64,000 nt of DNA, from assembly GCA_963724295.1 (NCBI GenBank), contig CAVRUC010000006.1, forward strand, positions 32,001 through 96,000, read 5' to 3'. The translations under genes and the position numbers were made by a program. The notes beneath the pieces were generated by a model, which was not told the DNA's origin, did no database searches, and worked only from the letters and a program-made list of their open reading frames with translations. This document shows positions 61,685 through 64,000 of the stretch, one piece after another (within the stretch, counting starts at the first letter, position 1; every line of letters begins with the position of its first letter). Origin of the DNA: an uncultured Chloroflexia bacterium (GTDB lineage: Bacteria > Chloroflexota > Chloroflexia > Thermomicrobiales > UBA6265).

Positions 61685-61777
61685 GCCCTATCCTCGGCCC
61701 GTGCATGACAGAAGCTCCACGTTCTGGACATCCCTCGGATCGACGACCAGGCGCCGGGCGTCTCATGACGTCGGTGG

Positions 61778-62843
61778 TTACGAGCGCGAGCTGGCGTAAA
61801 TCGGCTTCAGCATGTAGCCGACAACCGGACCGCGCCGACGCCCGCGAACTGGCTCCGGGTCCGTACGCCCGCCCGTACGACGGACCCATCGGTCGCCGAG
61901 TCATCGAACCGGGTCGCGCGGCCCCGCCCCATGGCGCACCGGCTGGTCTTGCCTGGGCGCGACTTGCGGCGACTCGATTCTGTCGGAAGTTCTGCGCCAC
62001 CGCCCGGGGGTTGCCAAGTGCCCGCGCGGACTGACGGCCGAGAATCCCGGCGACATCGCGCTGGGTCGGCGGGCGACGCAGGTTTTGCACCTCGTAGGCC
62101 GACTCTTTAAGGATCTGGGGTAGGCAGCGGGTAAGCTTGCGCGTCGTCTTGTTCTTGTTGAGCATCTTGCCGATTGCGCCGACACCTTTGGAAATTAGCG
62201 GCATCGCCAACGGCAGGAGGGCCGGCAGGAACTCGTCGCGCTCGGGGTCGTAAGCGCCTTCGCCGTCCTCGTAGAGATCCTCGTAGGACGGATCGGACTC
62301 GCCGCTGAGCAAGCCGCTGACAAGCGGACCGACCAGATTTGCGATGAAAGGGTCGGCCTCGTACTCACTTCCCGATTCGGCAGCCTGGTAGGCGTTGTAA
62401 TGCATCTCATCGAGCACTTCCGGCTCGATCGGTCCGAATTCGTAGCTGGCGTCCGATTCGTACCAGACCTCGCCGTCACCCTCGCGGAGGACCTGGTTGG
62501 CAATCTGGCTCGCGATGGCGGCGCCAGTCTTCCCGCCAACGGCGCCGCCGGCCACGCGCGCGGCTTGTCCGGCCAGCTGCTGGAAAAACTTGGGTGAGAG
62601 GCCGCCCGGTGCGACCTTGGCCACTGTCCGCGTCGCCGTCTTCAATAAGTTGCCGAGGAACGGGTCGGCCTCCAGGTCCTCGTACGACGCGCCCCAGGTC
62701 TCGAACGCCTCAAAGTCCTCGAACTCGCCTCCTTCATAATCGAAGGCGGCCTCGTATTCGCCCCCCTCGCCGTTGAGCGACTCAAAGCCGAAGCCGTCGG
62801 ATTCGCCTAGGTCCGTCATCTCGAGCTCTTCGAGATCGACCAT
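61778..62843 (-). CDS. acidic-spacer/amphipathic-helix repeat protein (possible polyprotein precursor; frameshift near 61845)
   Basis: RBS AAGGAGG; three E[AR]D[PE]F junctions; shifted tail 'RRRGPVVGYMLKPIYASSRS*' ends at 61778. Confidence 0.75.
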
Positions 62844-63386
62844 CGTCTTCGCCTCCTTTGAGTTCCGGAAGAACGCTTCGCGGAAACACGTGTAAGCGAA
62901 GACAGCCTAGGAGGGCGGGGGTGTCGGGCAAAGTCACATATTCGCGTGAGGCGCCAACGTGGTCACTCATTTGTGTCTCACCAAGACGCGTGACGGCGCA
63001 AAAGCCGCCGCTCGGGTTGCGTTTTTCAAAGATTTTGGTAGGATGAAAGAAATCAAAAGATCAGCTGTACGGGCAAACCCGTTGCGAGGCGGGGACGCAA
63101 AGCCAGGGATCTCGGCAGATGCCGAGACCGCCCGGTTGCCAGTGATACCCTCTTGCGACCATCCCGGCATTACGTTGCCGGTTCTTGTTCATGGTCGCTC
63201 CTCGCCCGGGACTTGTACGTCATCGCGTTGTCGACTCACCCCTGTTCGAAGGTCGAACCGGGCTCGACCGCGATCCGTACCGGTGCGTCCACCCAGCACA
63301 AGCCCTGAGCGTGGCGCCCGAGTCTTCACCCCCGATCGTCCTTGCCGCCGCTCTCGCACGGCTCAGGAACAGGACGACCATGAACC

Positions 63387-63836
63387 ATGAACCATACGCC
63401 CCACACCACAGCTGCCAAGCCGATCCTGGCTCGCGAGCCCACGGCCGCGGTTGAGGACCTCTTGCGGGAGATCCTGGAGCGTCTCGACGACGTTCGGGAA
63501 GAGCCTGGCCAGGCGCCGGAGCACTCCAACGGCGCCGGCACGGTAGTGCTCGACGTTCAGGTCGATGGCATTGCCTACAAGCTGCTACGCGATGCGACCC
63601 CAGTTGCGCAGCATCGCACCGTGCTCAGCCCTCGCGAGCAAGAGATCGTCCGCCTGGTGGCGAAGGGCTTGCCGAGCAAGGCGATTGCTGAGGTACTCGA
63701 CATGAGCTTGTGGACGGTTGGCACGCACTTGCGGCGCGTCTTCGCCAAGCTCGGCGTCGGCACCCGGGCGGAGATGATCGCCCGTGTCATCGGGGACGGG
63801 CTGCTCGACGGCAGTGCTGATGCAACTGAAGAGTGA
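63387..63836 (+). CDS. small LuxR-family HTH regulator, divergent from the operon
   Basis: 'LSPREQEIVRLVAKGLPSKAIAEVLDMSLWTVGTHLRRVFAKLGV'. Confidence 0.9.
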   Translation: MNHTPHTTAAKPILAREPTAAVEDLLREILERLDDVREEPGQAPEHSNGAGTVVLDVQVDGIAYKLLRDATPVAQHRTVLSPREQEIVRLVAKGLPSKAIAEVLDMSLWTVGTHLRRVFAKLGVGTRAEMIARVIGDGLLDGSADATEE

Positions 63837-64000
63837 GACGCGGTTCGGGCGCTGTGAGCCAGGGGAGTCGCCACGGGAGGTCAGCGTAGAACGGCGGATG
63901 CTGACCCCGGATGATGCCAAGCGGCTACCCAGTTTCGTAGAGCGTAATCGACTGGTGGCGCTCTTTTGCCTGGATCCGATCGGATCACGGCCGTTGCACG

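Noticed and set aside
60321..62843. 840-aa ORF as one protein
   Set aside because: Beyond about residue 335 it is Arg/Pro/Gly-rich shadow sequence overlapping the genuine 60362..61684 gene; a frameshift near 61845 gives a natural stop at 61778

Overview
A GC-rich bacterial chromosomal window. The gene content (cyclase-ATPase-TPR proteins, Uma2, an LLM oxidoreductase, secreted proteins with 'ATPxA' motifs) suggests Chloroflexota/Thermomicrobiales; this is an inference. About 50 CDS are present. I see no rRNA, tRNA, CRISPR array or intact transposase. Several genes carry single-base frameshifts, most likely uncorrected long-read errors, so some ORF-track entries are artefactual fusions or splits. 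Positions 1-50 kb hold mostly metabolic and regulatory genes: cydAB, GMC oxidoreductase, sulfatase, a two-component system, pncB, DEAD helicase, infA, a molybdo-hydroxylase, eda, an MFS transporter, a PLP decarboxylase and two cyclase-ATPase-TPR paralogs. Dispersed REP/MITE-like and 7-8 bp tandem repeats are scattered among them. Main highlights: (1) A ~12.3 kb minus-strand operon (50526-62843) with a divergent LuxR regulator. It encodes an acidic-spacer/amphipathic-helix 'polyprotein', an HExxH metalloprotease-like protein, three unknown proteins, three signal-peptide-less wall-hydrolase-like proteins sharing a near-identical peptidoglycan-binding module, an amidohydrolase and an AONS/BioF-like PLP enzyme. 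It is a candidate undescribed processing/export or antibacterial system. (2) A probable selenoprotein (rhodanese-CBS) with an in-frame TGA and a SECIS-like hairpin. (3) Two tandem promoter+sRNA units with covarying hairpins. (4) A palindromic repeat inserted in-frame into a signalling ATPase. (5) A structured ~190-nt leader RNA candidate. (6) A hicA toxin remnant that has lost its catalytic core.
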